A DNA stretch of 64,000 nt from an uncultured Bacilli bacterium (GTDB taxonomy: Bacteria; Bacillota_I; Bacilli_A; RFN20; CAG-826): assembly GCA_944375905.1 (NCBI GenBank), contig CALWAS010000009.1, positions 64,078 to 128,077 on the forward strand, given 5' to 3'. Made by a program: the position numbers and the translations under genes. Positions within the stretch are counted from its first letter, which is position 1. Every line of letters starts with the position of its first letter. A model generated the notes under the pieces. It had not been told where the DNA came from. It did not search any database and worked only from the letters and a program-made list of their open reading frames with translations. Shown one piece after another: positions 9,799-18,233 of this stretch.

Positions 9799-10548
9799 TC
9801 AAGGAAAGCCCGGCGTCGGGGAATAGCCGTATTGCTCATAGCCCGCCTTCGGGGTCGCGTACATCCCAAAGCCGTGGTTGATGATCTCGTTCTTGCTCCA
9901 CTCGAGGCTCCACCGCCATGGGCCATAGGGCGGAGTGAGGCGTTCCCCGCTTTGCCCGGCAAAGCCCGAGGCCAGAAGGCAGCCTTCCTCGGCCGTCCAC
10001 TCGTCGATCGGCGGCTGGATGGCCGTATTATGGGCCGGGAAGCCGAAAATGGAGTCGCCGTCGGTCAGTATCACGAAGAAATTCGCGTGGAACGGCAAGG
10101 CCTGCTCGCTCACGCGGGCCAATAGAAGGCTCACCGTCTTCCCGGCGAAGTGGCTAGACGGGGCGGGACTGTTCTCCTCGAAGGTAATCGACGAGAAGGC
10201 CCCACCATAGACATCCCAGTCGTATTGGGAATAGCGATTGCCCCTTTCAAGGTCCTCTTCTTCCGAATAATAGAGACTGTAGAGCGTTTCTTCCTCCTCG
10301 ACCGGGACCGGGAGGAGATAATCCTCTTCTTCCGGGAAGGACGGATCGATGGTCGGGACGGCCCCGCCGCTCGACGAGGCGATGGCGTTGTAGATCTCGG
10401 CATAGAAAGGGAACTCCCGCCGGTTGGCTTCGTTTGAAAATGGTAGCTTGATGCCGTCGATTCTATAAATGCCCGGCTTTCCTTGGTAGCAAGAAAAGCA
10501 AAGGAAGGCCGGGAGAAGGCCGAGAGGCAGGACAAGGCGGCGCTTCAT
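9799..10548 (-). CDS. Lipoprotein of unknown function (possibly continues to 9678 after a frameshift)
   Basis: 249 aa. Signal peptide plus lipobox MKRRLVLPLGLLPAFLCFSC. Its start overlaps the upstream gene's stop (ATGA). No recognisable family. Past the stop, a protein-like 43-codon stretch continues in another frame. Confidence 0.65.
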   Translation of the reverse strand: MKRRLVLPLGLLPAFLCFSCYQGKPGIYRIDGIKLPFSNEANRREFPFYAEIYNAIASSSGGAVPTIDPSFPEEEDYLLPVPVEEEETLYSLYYSEEEDLERGNRYSQYDWDVYGGAFSSITFEENSPAPSSHFAGKTVSLLLARVSEQALPFHANFFVILTDGDSIFGFPAHNTAIQPPIDEWTAEEGCLLASGFAGQSGERLTPPYGPWRWSLEWSKNEIINHGFGMYATPKAGYEQYGYSPTPGFP

Positions 10549-11403
10549 GCCCTTCCCTCCTTGAGGTCGATGCTCGTCCCGACGTTGGAGGATAACGTCC
10601 TTCCCCCATCGAGTTTGACGGCGAGGGAGGGAATTTCGATTTTCGCGTAGCCGTCGGCCTGATAGAGGAAGAGGAAGAACTCCGTTATGGAAAGGGAAGG
10701 AACGGGATTCTCGCTTTCGTCGCCGATTCCGATGGTCGCGACGAGCTCGCTAGCAAGGGCGAGCGGTTCATTCAATAAAGCGAAGAGCCCGCCGGTCGAG
10801 ACGGTCGCGCTTAGGTAGAGGTCGCGGTAGATCATGGCCTCTTGGACGAGGCGCTTGCTCGCGGATAGCTCGGAGAGGAAGAGGATGCTTTCCCCGTCGG
10901 TGATCGAAACCATCATGATCCGGGCCGCGTCATAGACAAGGCCGGCGTCGAATGGCTCTTTCCCGCCGCCAGGATAATAGGTGTAGGCCGAGTAGATCTG
11001 GAAGACGAGCTCGAGCCGCTTCCCGGCAAAATAGGGAAAGAGGAAAGCCGCTTCATCCGGCATCTCCATCTCGGCGACGTCGGCCTGAAGGAGCTTGAGC
11101 CGAGGATAGTAAGGATAGGAGTAGCCGAAGTAAGTCGGGACGAAAGAGCCAGCCTCCACCGCCGGGAGGGCGGCCTCAAGTTCACCCGGATCCTTCCCAT
11201 CGAGGAGGCTCGTCTCTCCCTCCCCGAAAGGGAAGGAATGGAGACGGTACATCAGCTCAACGGCCTCTTCGCTATAGGCCGAAGCCTCGGCCGGGGAAAA
11301 GGATCGCTCGGAAGAGGAAATCGAGGAAGAGGATGCGGCAGCCTCCCCGCAGGAGAAAAGAAGAAAAGGGAGAAAGAGGAGCGAGACGAGTCTTTTTTTT
11401 CAT
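10545..11403 (-). pseudogene. Lipoprotein gene interrupted by a frameshift in an A8 tract after the ATG (phase-variable candidate)
   Basis: The ATG at 11403 is followed by A8 (11393..11400) and reads out of frame. One A fewer gives MKKRLVSLLFLPFLLFSCGEAAASSSS..., a signal peptide plus lipobox. That frame runs contiguously into the 235-aa track ORF 10545..11252. It has no ATG/GTG/TTG between the in-frame TGA at 11402..11400 and 11252. Confidence 0.6.
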
Positions 11404-11703
11404 TTTTGGCCTCCGGCGGCTCTGCGCGAGTTATCGGCATCGATCAAAGGAAAGTCCGCTTCTCTCCCTCGCTCCCGGCCTTCCTTTCGAAGGTGGATTC
11501 GAGAAACGGCAACTTGTCGAAGGCGAGAGAATCGAGTCTCAGACAAAAGACGGAACCGGGGCTTCACGAAAGACCGTCGCCGCCTCGTATAATGACACCA
11601 TAGGCGTTGGCGGAGGCCTTTTCAATTGAAAGTTCGTAAGGCAATCTACTTCCGTTTCGCCGAGCAAGAAAGGAAGCAATCCTCGCTGGAAGCGATATTT
11701 TTG

Positions 11704-11736
11704 GGGGCAAAAGAAAAGAGGCCCCAGAGGGGCCTC
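11704..11736 (-). terminator. Rho-independent terminator after the solute-binding lipoprotein gene
   Basis: GAGGCCCC-AGA-GGGGCCTC hairpin followed on the - strand by TTTTCTTTT. It lies 16 nt after the stop at 11752. Confidence 0.75.
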
Positions 11737-11751
11737 GCCTATCTTCCCTGC

Positions 11752-12750
11752 TTAGAAGAGGAAAAGGGACGCGTCGTAGGCAGCTCCCCCGACGGCGGTC
11801 TGGTAGGCATTGGCGAACTCGAGGTTGGTGCCGATGTCGGTCTCGCTCGAGATGAGGCCGAAGCGGTCTTGGCCGTTCCCCTGCAGGGCCGTGACGAGGT
11901 TCGGCTGGTAGCCGAAGCGGGCCTGGACGGCGGTCGCGTCCCCGTATTCGTTGAGGGCAGCGACGACCGTTTCCGGCTCCTCGATCGCGGTATCGATGCG
12001 CTCGATGGTCCTTTCGAGGAAGGCGTCCATCTCGTCCTTCTTCTCGGCGTAGCTATTGACGTTGAAGAAGAGGCCAGCGGCCGGGATCGTTTCCCCAAGG
12101 CCGGCATCCTTCCATTCGGTCTGGATGTTGTAGATGGTGTTCAGGGTCACGTCCTTGGCCTTGAGCTGGTTCTTCGCATTGGTCAGCACCGGCTCGGCGA
12201 TGACGTAATAGTCGTACGATCCCGGGTTCTGGACGAGGGTCTGCATGACCTTCTGGACGCCGTCGAGATAAGTGACCTGGCTGTCCTCATAGTCCCAATC
12301 CCATTCCTCGCGGGAGAGTTTGTTGAAGGCCACCGAGGCCGTTCCGGTCTGGTTGAAGGAGAGGATCGTCTCGTCGCCTTCGAAGGCATCCCCGGCCGCG
12401 TGGGTAGTCGAGACGACATAGAAATTGCCGCCGGTGATCCAGTGGGCCAGCTTGTAATTGGTAGCGCCCTGCTTGAGGACATTGAGTCCGTTGAGCCCGT
12501 CGAAGACGATGGCGTCGTACTCGTTGGCCTTGAGGGAAGGCGGAATCGAGGTGGCGTCGCTCGTGGAAACCCAGTTTTCGTCGCTCCCCATGTCGTAGAA
12601 GGCAAGGGTCGGGGCTCCGCTCGGGGTGAGGAGGCTGATTCCTTCGCTTTCCTCGCTTGAGGCAGATGATTCTTCGCTACTCGTTTCCGGGCTGCAGGAG
12701 GCTAAGAAGCACGCCGCCAAAAGGGCGGCCGCGGCAATCGGCTTGTTCAT
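11752..12750 (-). CDS. Putative ABC-type solute-binding lipoprotein (family not assigned)
   Basis: 332 aa. Signal peptide plus lipobox AAALLAACFLASC, then a Ser/Glu-rich tether. Size and alternating composition resemble periplasmic-binding-protein folds. It lies 17 nt downstream of deoB. The ligand is unknown. Confidence 0.5.
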   Translation of the reverse strand: MNKPIAAAALLAACFLASCSPETSSEESSASSEESEGISLLTPSGAPTLAFYDMGSDENWVSTSDATSIPPSLKANEYDAIVFDGLNGLNVLKQGATNYKLAHWITGGNFYVVSTTHAAGDAFEGDETILSFNQTGTASVAFNKLSREEWDWDYEDSQVTYLDGVQKVMQTLVQNPGSYDYYVIAEPVLTNAKNQLKAKDVTLNTIYNIQTEWKDAGLGETIPAAGLFFNVNSYAEKKDEMDAFLERTIERIDTAIEEPETVVAALNEYGDATAVQARFGYQPNLVTALQGNGQDRFGLISSETDIGTNLEFANAYQTAVGGAAYDASLFLF

Positions 12751-12767
12751 TCGCTGATGTTCCTTTC

Positions 12768-13976
12768 TTATTCCCCGTCGTCAAGAAGCTCGGGGATGGG
12801 CTTTCCGATCAGGTGGTCGGGTCGAGGGATGGAGAAATTCGCGATGATGGTGGCGCCGATATCGGCAAAGCTCGCCCTTTCCTCGAGATAGCGCCCCTTT
12901 TGATAGCGCGGCGAATAGGCGATGAGGGGAACCTTTTCCCTCGTGTGGTCGGTCCCGTGGAAGGTGGGGTCGTTTCCATGGTCGGCCGTGATGAGGAGGA
13001 GGTCGTCTTTTCCGACGAGCGGCAAGAGCTCGGCAAGCCGCCGGTCGAAGGCCATGATGCAATCGGCATAGCCTTCCGGGTTCCGCCGATGCCCATATTC
13101 GCTGTCGAACTCGACGAGGTTCACGAAGAGAAGGCCCTCGAAGCCCTTCTTCATGGCCTCGATCGTCTTGTCCATGCCGTCCTCGTTGCTTTTCGTATGA
13201 ATGCTCGAGGAAATACCGGCCATGTCGAAGATGTCGCCGATCTTGCCGATGCCGTCGGTCCGATATCCCCGCTCCATCATGGCGTCGAGGTCGGTCGGAA
13301 GAGGCGGCTTCAAGGCATAGTCATGGCGGTTCGAGGTCCTTTTGAAGGAAGCGGCGTCGTTCCCGACGAAGGGACGGGCAATGACCCGCCCGACCCGCCA
13401 CTCGGGGCGCATGCACATCTCGCGGGCGATTTCGCAAGCCCGATAGAGCTCATCGAGCCCGAGCTTTTCCTCGTGGGCCGCGATCTGAAGGACGCTATCG
13501 GCCGAGGTGTAGACGATGAGGGCGTTTTCCCTCATGGCCTGCTCGCCTAGCTCCTTGATGATCTCGGTGCCCGAGGCGGCGACGTTTCCGATGATCTTGT
13601 GCCCGGTCTTCGCACTTAGCTCGTCGATGAGTTCCTGGGGAAAGCCGGTATCGGTGAAAGTCTTGAAGGGCTTCTCGGTGTCGATTCCCATCATTTCCCA
13701 GTGGCCGGTCATCGTGTCCTTGCCGTTGGAGGCTTCCCGGAGGCGCAGGGCATAGCTATGGGGATGGGAAACCTCCGAAGAGGTGCCGTTGATGTCGTCG
13801 AGCTCGCCGATCCCGAGGCTCTCGAGGGTCGGGATCGAAAAATCCGCCCGCGCATAGGAGGCGTGGGTAAAAGTATTGCTGCCCGTATCGCCAAAGCGTT
13901 CGGCATCCGGCTCTTCCCCGACGCCGACGCTGTCCATGACGATTAGGCAAATCCGCTTGAAAGGCATCGCCATCAT
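12768..13976 (-). CDS. deoB: Phosphopentomutase
   Basis: FKRICLIVMDSVGVGEEPDAERFGDTGSNT... and TADHGNDPT, typical of DeoB. I take ATG 13976, which has AAGGAG 5 nt upstream. The track start at 14033 would add 19 aa. Confidence 0.85.
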   Translation of the reverse strand: MMAMPFKRICLIVMDSVGVGEEPDAERFGDTGSNTFTHASYARADFSIPTLESLGIGELDDINGTSSEVSHPHSYALRLREASNGKDTMTGHWEMMGIDTEKPFKTFTDTGFPQELIDELSAKTGHKIIGNVAASGTEIIKELGEQAMRENALIVYTSADSVLQIAAHEEKLGLDELYRACEIAREMCMRPEWRVGRVIARPFVGNDAASFKRTSNRHDYALKPPLPTDLDAMMERGYRTDGIGKIGDIFDMAGISSSIHTKSNEDGMDKTIEAMKKGFEGLLFVNLVEFDSEYGHRRNPEGYADCIMAFDRRLAELLPLVGKDDLLLITADHGNDPTFHGTDHTREKVPLIAYSPRYQKGRYLEERASFADIGATIIANFSIPRPDHLIGKPIPELLDDGE

Positions 13977-14029
13977 CTCTTCTCCTTCATTCATGTTATC
14001 CGGGGTGGCCGGATAGTCAAATCTTACGC

Positions 14030-14911
14030 TCATTTCCGCTTCATGTAGCGATCGTAGGCGCCCCGCAGGCGCTCGCTTTCGACTTCGAGGTATATTTCGG
14101 TCGTGGCGACCGAGCTATGCCCGAGCATGGCCTGGACGTAGCGGATCGAGGCTCCGCCCTCGAGCAAGTGGGTCGCGAAGCTATGGCGGAGGCTATGCGG
14201 GGTCACCTGGTGGGCGATCCCGGCCTTCGAGGCATAGGAACGGACGAGGACGTAGAAATAGTTCCGGCTCATCTTGGTTCCGTCCTTGCTCAGGAAGAGA
14301 TATGGCGAGTCCTTCCCAGGCGCCTTCTTCCTATGGGGCAGGTAGTCCTCGATCGCGGCGACGGCAATGTCCGATAGCGGCACTTTCCTTTCCTTCCCGC
14401 CCTTGCCGGAGACCGTCAAGGTGCCGGCCTCGAGGTCGACGTCCTTTTTGAGGAGCCCCGTCAACTCGCTGGCCCGGAGGCCCGTCGCGTACATCGTCTC
14501 GAGCATCGCCCGGTCCCGCTTTCCGGACGGGGTCGATGGGTCGGGGGCATGAAGAAGGGCCTCGATTTCCTTTTTCGAGAGGACATTCGGGAGCCGCTTG
14601 CGCGCCTTCGGCCCATGGAAGGAAGAAGGAAGGGCCGAGGCGATTTCCCCTTTCTCGAAAAGGAAGAGGAGGAGCGAGCGGAAAAAGGAAAGCTTCCTTC
14701 TTACCGAGGAAGGGGCGAACTCACGCTCGACGAGGGAGGAAAGGTATTCCTCGACGAGATCGGGGGTGATTTGATTCGAAGAGACGATGTCGGGATGCTC
14801 CCGGAGGAAAAGATGGAAGTCGCTCCGATAAGAGGCGATCGACGATGGCGAGTCGCCCTTTTCGGCGACGAGATAGGCGTAGAAGCTTTCCTCGAGGTCA
14901 CTTATTTCCAT
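14030..14911 (-). CDS. xerD: Tyrosine recombinase XerD
   Basis: C-terminal catalytic motifs ATGLRASEL, HSLRHSFATHLLEGGASIRYVQAMLGHSSVATTEIY. The xerD-deoB adjacency is as in Bacillus. I chose ATG 14911 (MEISDLEE...) because GGAGGTG lies 8 nt upstream. The track start at 14932 is a TTG. Confidence 0.8.
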   Translation of the reverse strand: MEISDLEESFYAYLVAEKGDSPSSIASYRSDFHLFLREHPDIVSSNQITPDLVEEYLSSLVEREFAPSSVRRKLSFFRSLLLFLFEKGEIASALPSSFHGPKARKRLPNVLSKKEIEALLHAPDPSTPSGKRDRAMLETMYATGLRASELTGLLKKDVDLEAGTLTVSGKGGKERKVPLSDIAVAAIEDYLPHRKKAPGKDSPYLFLSKDGTKMSRNYFYVLVRSYASKAGIAHQVTPHSLRHSFATHLLEGGASIRYVQAMLGHSSVATTEIYLEVESERLRGAYDRYMKRK

Positions 14912-16088
14912 CTTTGCCCACCTCCCGGGCAAGCATGAGCTTCCCGCCGTTCTTCAATTTCCGATTGAAGGAGGCGACGAGCAGCTTCGTCTCGTCCATC
15001 TTCTCGTATTCGGCGTAGTCGTCGAAGGACATCTGCACCGTTTCTTCCCGCGGATCGAAGAGGGAAGAGACCCCAAGGCCGATGAGGCGGCATTCGCTCC
15101 CGGCGAAGGTCGAATCGAAAATGGAGGCGGCCTTCTCGTAGATATCCCGGGCGGACGATAGCCCCTTTTCGTAGGTCGACGAGCGGCTATGGGTCCTGAA
15201 GGAGGGATCCCTGAGGGTCACCGTGAGGGTCCTTCCCTTCTTTTTCTCGCTTTTGAGGGCAAGGGCGATCTCCTCGCTCATCTCGAATAGCTTCCTTTTG
15301 ATGATCGTTTCGTCCGAGCTGTCGCGGTCGAGAGTGATAGAACGGGAAATCGACTTCGGGTCGCCCGCTTCCACGTGGACTTGGTCGTCCCCTTCCCCCT
15401 TGAGCCAGGCTAGGCAGGTCGGGGCGAAGCTCCCGAGCGTCCTCAAGGTTCCTTCCTCGCCCCGAAGTAGGCTCCGCTTGAGCGAGATGATGTCCCTGAT
15501 CCCGAGTTCCCGGAGGCGGGCGGAGGTCTTCTTCCCGATTCCCCAGAAGCTTTCGATCGGGAGGGGGCCGAGCAGCGAATCGATGTCCTTCTTGCGGACG
15601 ATCGTGATCCCCATCGGCTTTTTGTAGTCGCTCCCCATCTTCGCGAGGAAGCGGGTCGGGGCAAGGCCGATCGAGCTCTTAAGGCCGATTTCGTCGAGGA
15701 GTCCCTTTTGGATCCCCTTGAGGAAGGGCACCGGGTCCTTGCTCGCGGCCAGGGTCTTGGTGAGGTCGACGTAGCACTCGTCGATGCTCGCCGGCTCGAC
15801 GAGGGAGGAATAACGATGGAGAAAGGCCCGGAAGGAACGCGAAAGCATCTCGTAATAGGGAAAGTCGACCGGGAGGAAGAGGGCGTCGGGGGCAAGCTTC
15901 CGGGCCTGGAAAAGGGGCATCCCGCTATGGATGCCGAGCTTCCGGGCCGGGTAGGAGGCCGTGGAAACGACGCCCCGAGGGCCCCTTCCCCCGACGACGA
16001 GGGGGCGCGTCTCGCTCCCGGGGTGGCGGAGTTCCTCCGCCCGGGCGAAGAAGGCATTGAGGTCGATGTGCATCAAAATGCGGGCCAT
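14898..16088 (-). CDS. dinB: DNA polymerase IV (Y-family)
   Basis: 396 aa. MARILMHIDLNAFFA..., SIDECYVDLT, and the little-finger region. This is a typical DinB. Confidence 0.85.
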   Translation of the reverse strand: MARILMHIDLNAFFARAEELRHPGSETRPLVVGGRGPRGVVSTASYPARKLGIHSGMPLFQARKLAPDALFLPVDFPYYEMLSRSFRAFLHRYSSLVEPASIDECYVDLTKTLAASKDPVPFLKGIQKGLLDEIGLKSSIGLAPTRFLAKMGSDYKKPMGITIVRKKDIDSLLGPLPIESFWGIGKKTSARLRELGIRDIISLKRSLLRGEEGTLRTLGSFAPTCLAWLKGEGDDQVHVEAGDPKSISRSITLDRDSSDETIIKRKLFEMSEEIALALKSEKKKGRTLTVTLRDPSFRTHSRSSTYEKGLSSARDIYEKAASIFDSTFAGSECRLIGLGVSSLFDPREETVQMSFDDYAEYEKMDETKLLVASFNRKLKNGGKLMLAREVGKDGNK

Positions 16089-16120
16089 GGCCCCATGATA
16101 ACGCCCAACGCAGAGTTATG

Positions 16121-17986
16121 TTAAGGAAGGAGTTCCTTCTCGACTTTGCTTAGGACCGTTTCGATGTCGACCCCGGCCTCGATTTCCTGATCGAGGATCT
16201 TCATCGACGGGATGTAGGCGTTCTTGACGGCATGGACGTGGATTTCCCCTTCGTAATGCCGCTCGGAAAGGCGAAGGGCAAGCTCGCTCGCAAAGCCTTC
16301 GTCCGTGCCATAGGGGTCATAGACCGCGATTTTCGAATAGGAAGCGATCTTGTCGAGCGTTTTCCCCTCGAGCGGGAAGAGATAGACCGGGTCGAGGAAG
16401 GCGATTCCCTTTCCTTCGAGCCGGGAAAAGAGTTCCCGCCCCATGTTTCCGACGCCGATCAAAAGGGCATCGCCGCCTTCCTTGAGGAAGAGGCCTTCGC
16501 CGCTTTCGGGCAGGCGATCGTCTTTGTCGAGGGGATCGATCATCGAATGGGGATAGCGGATGGCATAGGGCCCCCTTCTATCGGCCAGCCCCTCCTCGAA
16601 GAGGAAGCGGGCGATGGCCGGGGTCGAAGGCTGGGCGAGCCTTACCCCCGGGATGGAGCGTAGGTATGCCGGATCGTAGATGCCCTGATGGGTAGCCCCG
16701 TTGGTCCCGACGAGCCCGGCCCGGTCGATGAGCAGAAGCATCGGGGAAGCGATCCTTGCCCCGTCGTGGAGCAATTCGTCGTAAGCCCGTTGGAGAAACG
16801 AGGAATAGATCGAGACGATCGGATGGTAGCCGAGGCTGCCTAGGGTCCCGGCCAAGGTAAGGGCGTGTTCTTCGGAAATACCGACGTCGAAAGAGCGGCC
16901 CGGGTATTTCTCGAAAGCCTTCTCGAGGTGGCTCCCCTTGATCATGGCCGGGCAGATGAGGATCCGCTTCTTTTCTTCCATCGCCTCGGCCACGAGATCG
17001 CCATGGAAGTGCGACCAGCTCATGAAGCCGGGATGGTCGTTTTTGGGGCGGCCTTCGTCGATGTAGAAAGGGGTGACGCCGTGCCAATAGCCGGTTCGGT
17101 CCTCCTCGGCTGGCTTGTAGCCGCGGCCTTTCTGGGTAAGGACGTGGACGACGGCGGGCTTGCTGGCCCGCTTGGCTTTCCGGAAGGCCTTCTCGAGGGC
17201 CTTGAAGTCGTGGCCGTCGACGGGGCCGATGTAGGTATAGCCGAGGGAATCGAAGATGGTCGTCGGGACGAGCATCGCCTTCACCTTCGTCTTGAAGGCA
17301 TAGGAAATCTCGTAGAGCCGATTGCCGCCCGGGGCGCGCAAAAGGACCTTCTTGTAGTCGCGCTTGAGGCGGTTATAGACCTTCGAGGTCGAGATCGAGC
17401 GGAAGAGGTCGGCCATCCCCCCGACCGGCGGGGAGATCGACATGTCGTTGTCGTTGATGACGACGATGCCCTTGCTATGGAGGGCCGGAAAGAGATTGAG
17501 AGCCTCGAAGGAGAGGCCGTTCACGATCGAGGCGTCGCCGACGAGGGCGACGACGTCGTAGTTCTCCTTTTTGAGGTCGCGGTCGATCACGAAGGCCGAA
17601 AGGGCGCTCATTGCCGTTCCGGCATGCCCGGCCTCGAAGCAATCGTAAACCGACTCCCGCCGTGAGACGAAAGGCGAGGGCCCGCCCTTTTCCCCGAGGT
17701 GCTCGAGGGAGCGGCCGGTAAGTATCTTCTCGGTGTAGGCTTGGTGGCCGACGTCGAAAATGAGCTTGTCCTTGGGAAAGGAAAAGGAACGGAAGAGGGC
17801 GATCGTGAGCTCGACGGTGCCGAGGTTGCTTGCGAGGTGTCCTCCGTAGACGCTCGTCGCCTCGATGATGCGCCGCCGGATTTCCTCGGCGAGTTGCCTC
17901 AGTTCCGGAACGCTTAGCCCTTTCACGAAATTGGGGTCGGGACCAATTTTGGAAAAATCTTTGATGGTGTCTTGCTTCTTTGACAT
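16121..17986 (-). CDS. dxs: 1-deoxy-D-xylulose-5-phosphate synthase
   Basis: 621 aa. GGHLASNLGTVELTIALF, the TPP-binding motif GDASIVNGLSFEALN, and transketolase-like Pyr and C-terminal domains. Confidence 0.9.
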   Translation of the reverse strand: MSKKQDTIKDFSKIGPDPNFVKGLSVPELRQLAEEIRRRIIEATSVYGGHLASNLGTVELTIALFRSFSFPKDKLIFDVGHQAYTEKILTGRSLEHLGEKGGPSPFVSRRESVYDCFEAGHAGTAMSALSAFVIDRDLKKENYDVVALVGDASIVNGLSFEALNLFPALHSKGIVVINDNDMSISPPVGGMADLFRSISTSKVYNRLKRDYKKVLLRAPGGNRLYEISYAFKTKVKAMLVPTTIFDSLGYTYIGPVDGHDFKALEKAFRKAKRASKPAVVHVLTQKGRGYKPAEEDRTGYWHGVTPFYIDEGRPKNDHPGFMSWSHFHGDLVAEAMEEKKRILICPAMIKGSHLEKAFEKYPGRSFDVGISEEHALTLAGTLGSLGYHPIVSIYSSFLQRAYDELLHDGARIASPMLLLIDRAGLVGTNGATHQGIYDPAYLRSIPGVRLAQPSTPAIARFLFEEGLADRRGPYAIRYPHSMIDPLDKDDRLPESGEGLFLKEGGDALLIGVGNMGRELFSRLEGKGIAFLDPVYLFPLEGKTLDKIASYSKIAVYDPYGTDEGFASELALRLSERHYEGEIHVHAVKNAYIPSMKILDQEIEAGVDIETVLSKVEKELLP

Positions 17987-18011
17987 TGTGAAACAGCCAA
18001 ATAACTACTAA

Positions 18012-18233
18012 TTAATTACTTTTGACCGCAGGGGATTCCTCGACTTTGGGCCCCTCTTCGGCCAGGCGCTTCTCCGCCGCCTTGAGCTCTTCGTCGAGTT
18101 CGGAAAGGAGCTTCTTCCCTTCCTCGTAACGCTTGAGGGTTTCCTCGAGGGGGAGCTTTCCGTCCTCGACTTCCCTAACGAGGGACTCGAGACGGGCTAG
18201 GCGCTCTTCGAAGCTTTCCTTCTTATTCTCCAT
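18012..18233 (-). CDS. xseB: Exodeoxyribonuclease VII small subunit
   Basis: 73 aa. FEERLARLESLVREVEDGKLPLEETLKRYEEGKKL is the XseB signature. It overlaps the xseA 3' end. Confidence 0.85.
   Translation of the reverse strand: MENKKESFEERLARLESLVREVEDGKLPLEETLKRYEEGKKLLSELDEELKAAEKRLAEEGPKVEESPAVKSN

Noticed and set aside
11449-11457. GGAAAGTCC, resembling the RNase P RNA P4 motif GAGGAAAGTCC.
   Set aside because: None of the other conserved RNase P blocks (for example GGTAAACCCC or ACAGAA...GGCTTA) occur in the ~350-nt gap. The motif is on the strand opposite to the local transcription direction.
11492-11503. The - strand reads CTCGAATCCACC, superficially like a tRNA T-arm and 3' end.
   Set aside because: There is no GGTTC context, no acceptor-stem complementarity and no anticodon arm nearby. 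I found no tRNA genes in the window.
11404-11640. CTGAGA in the lipoprotein-operon leader as a hint of a TPP riboswitch, since NitT/TauT permeases can belong to thiamine-precursor importers.
   Set aside because: The other THI-box blocks (ACCTGATCTGGATAATGCCAGCG-like) are absent.
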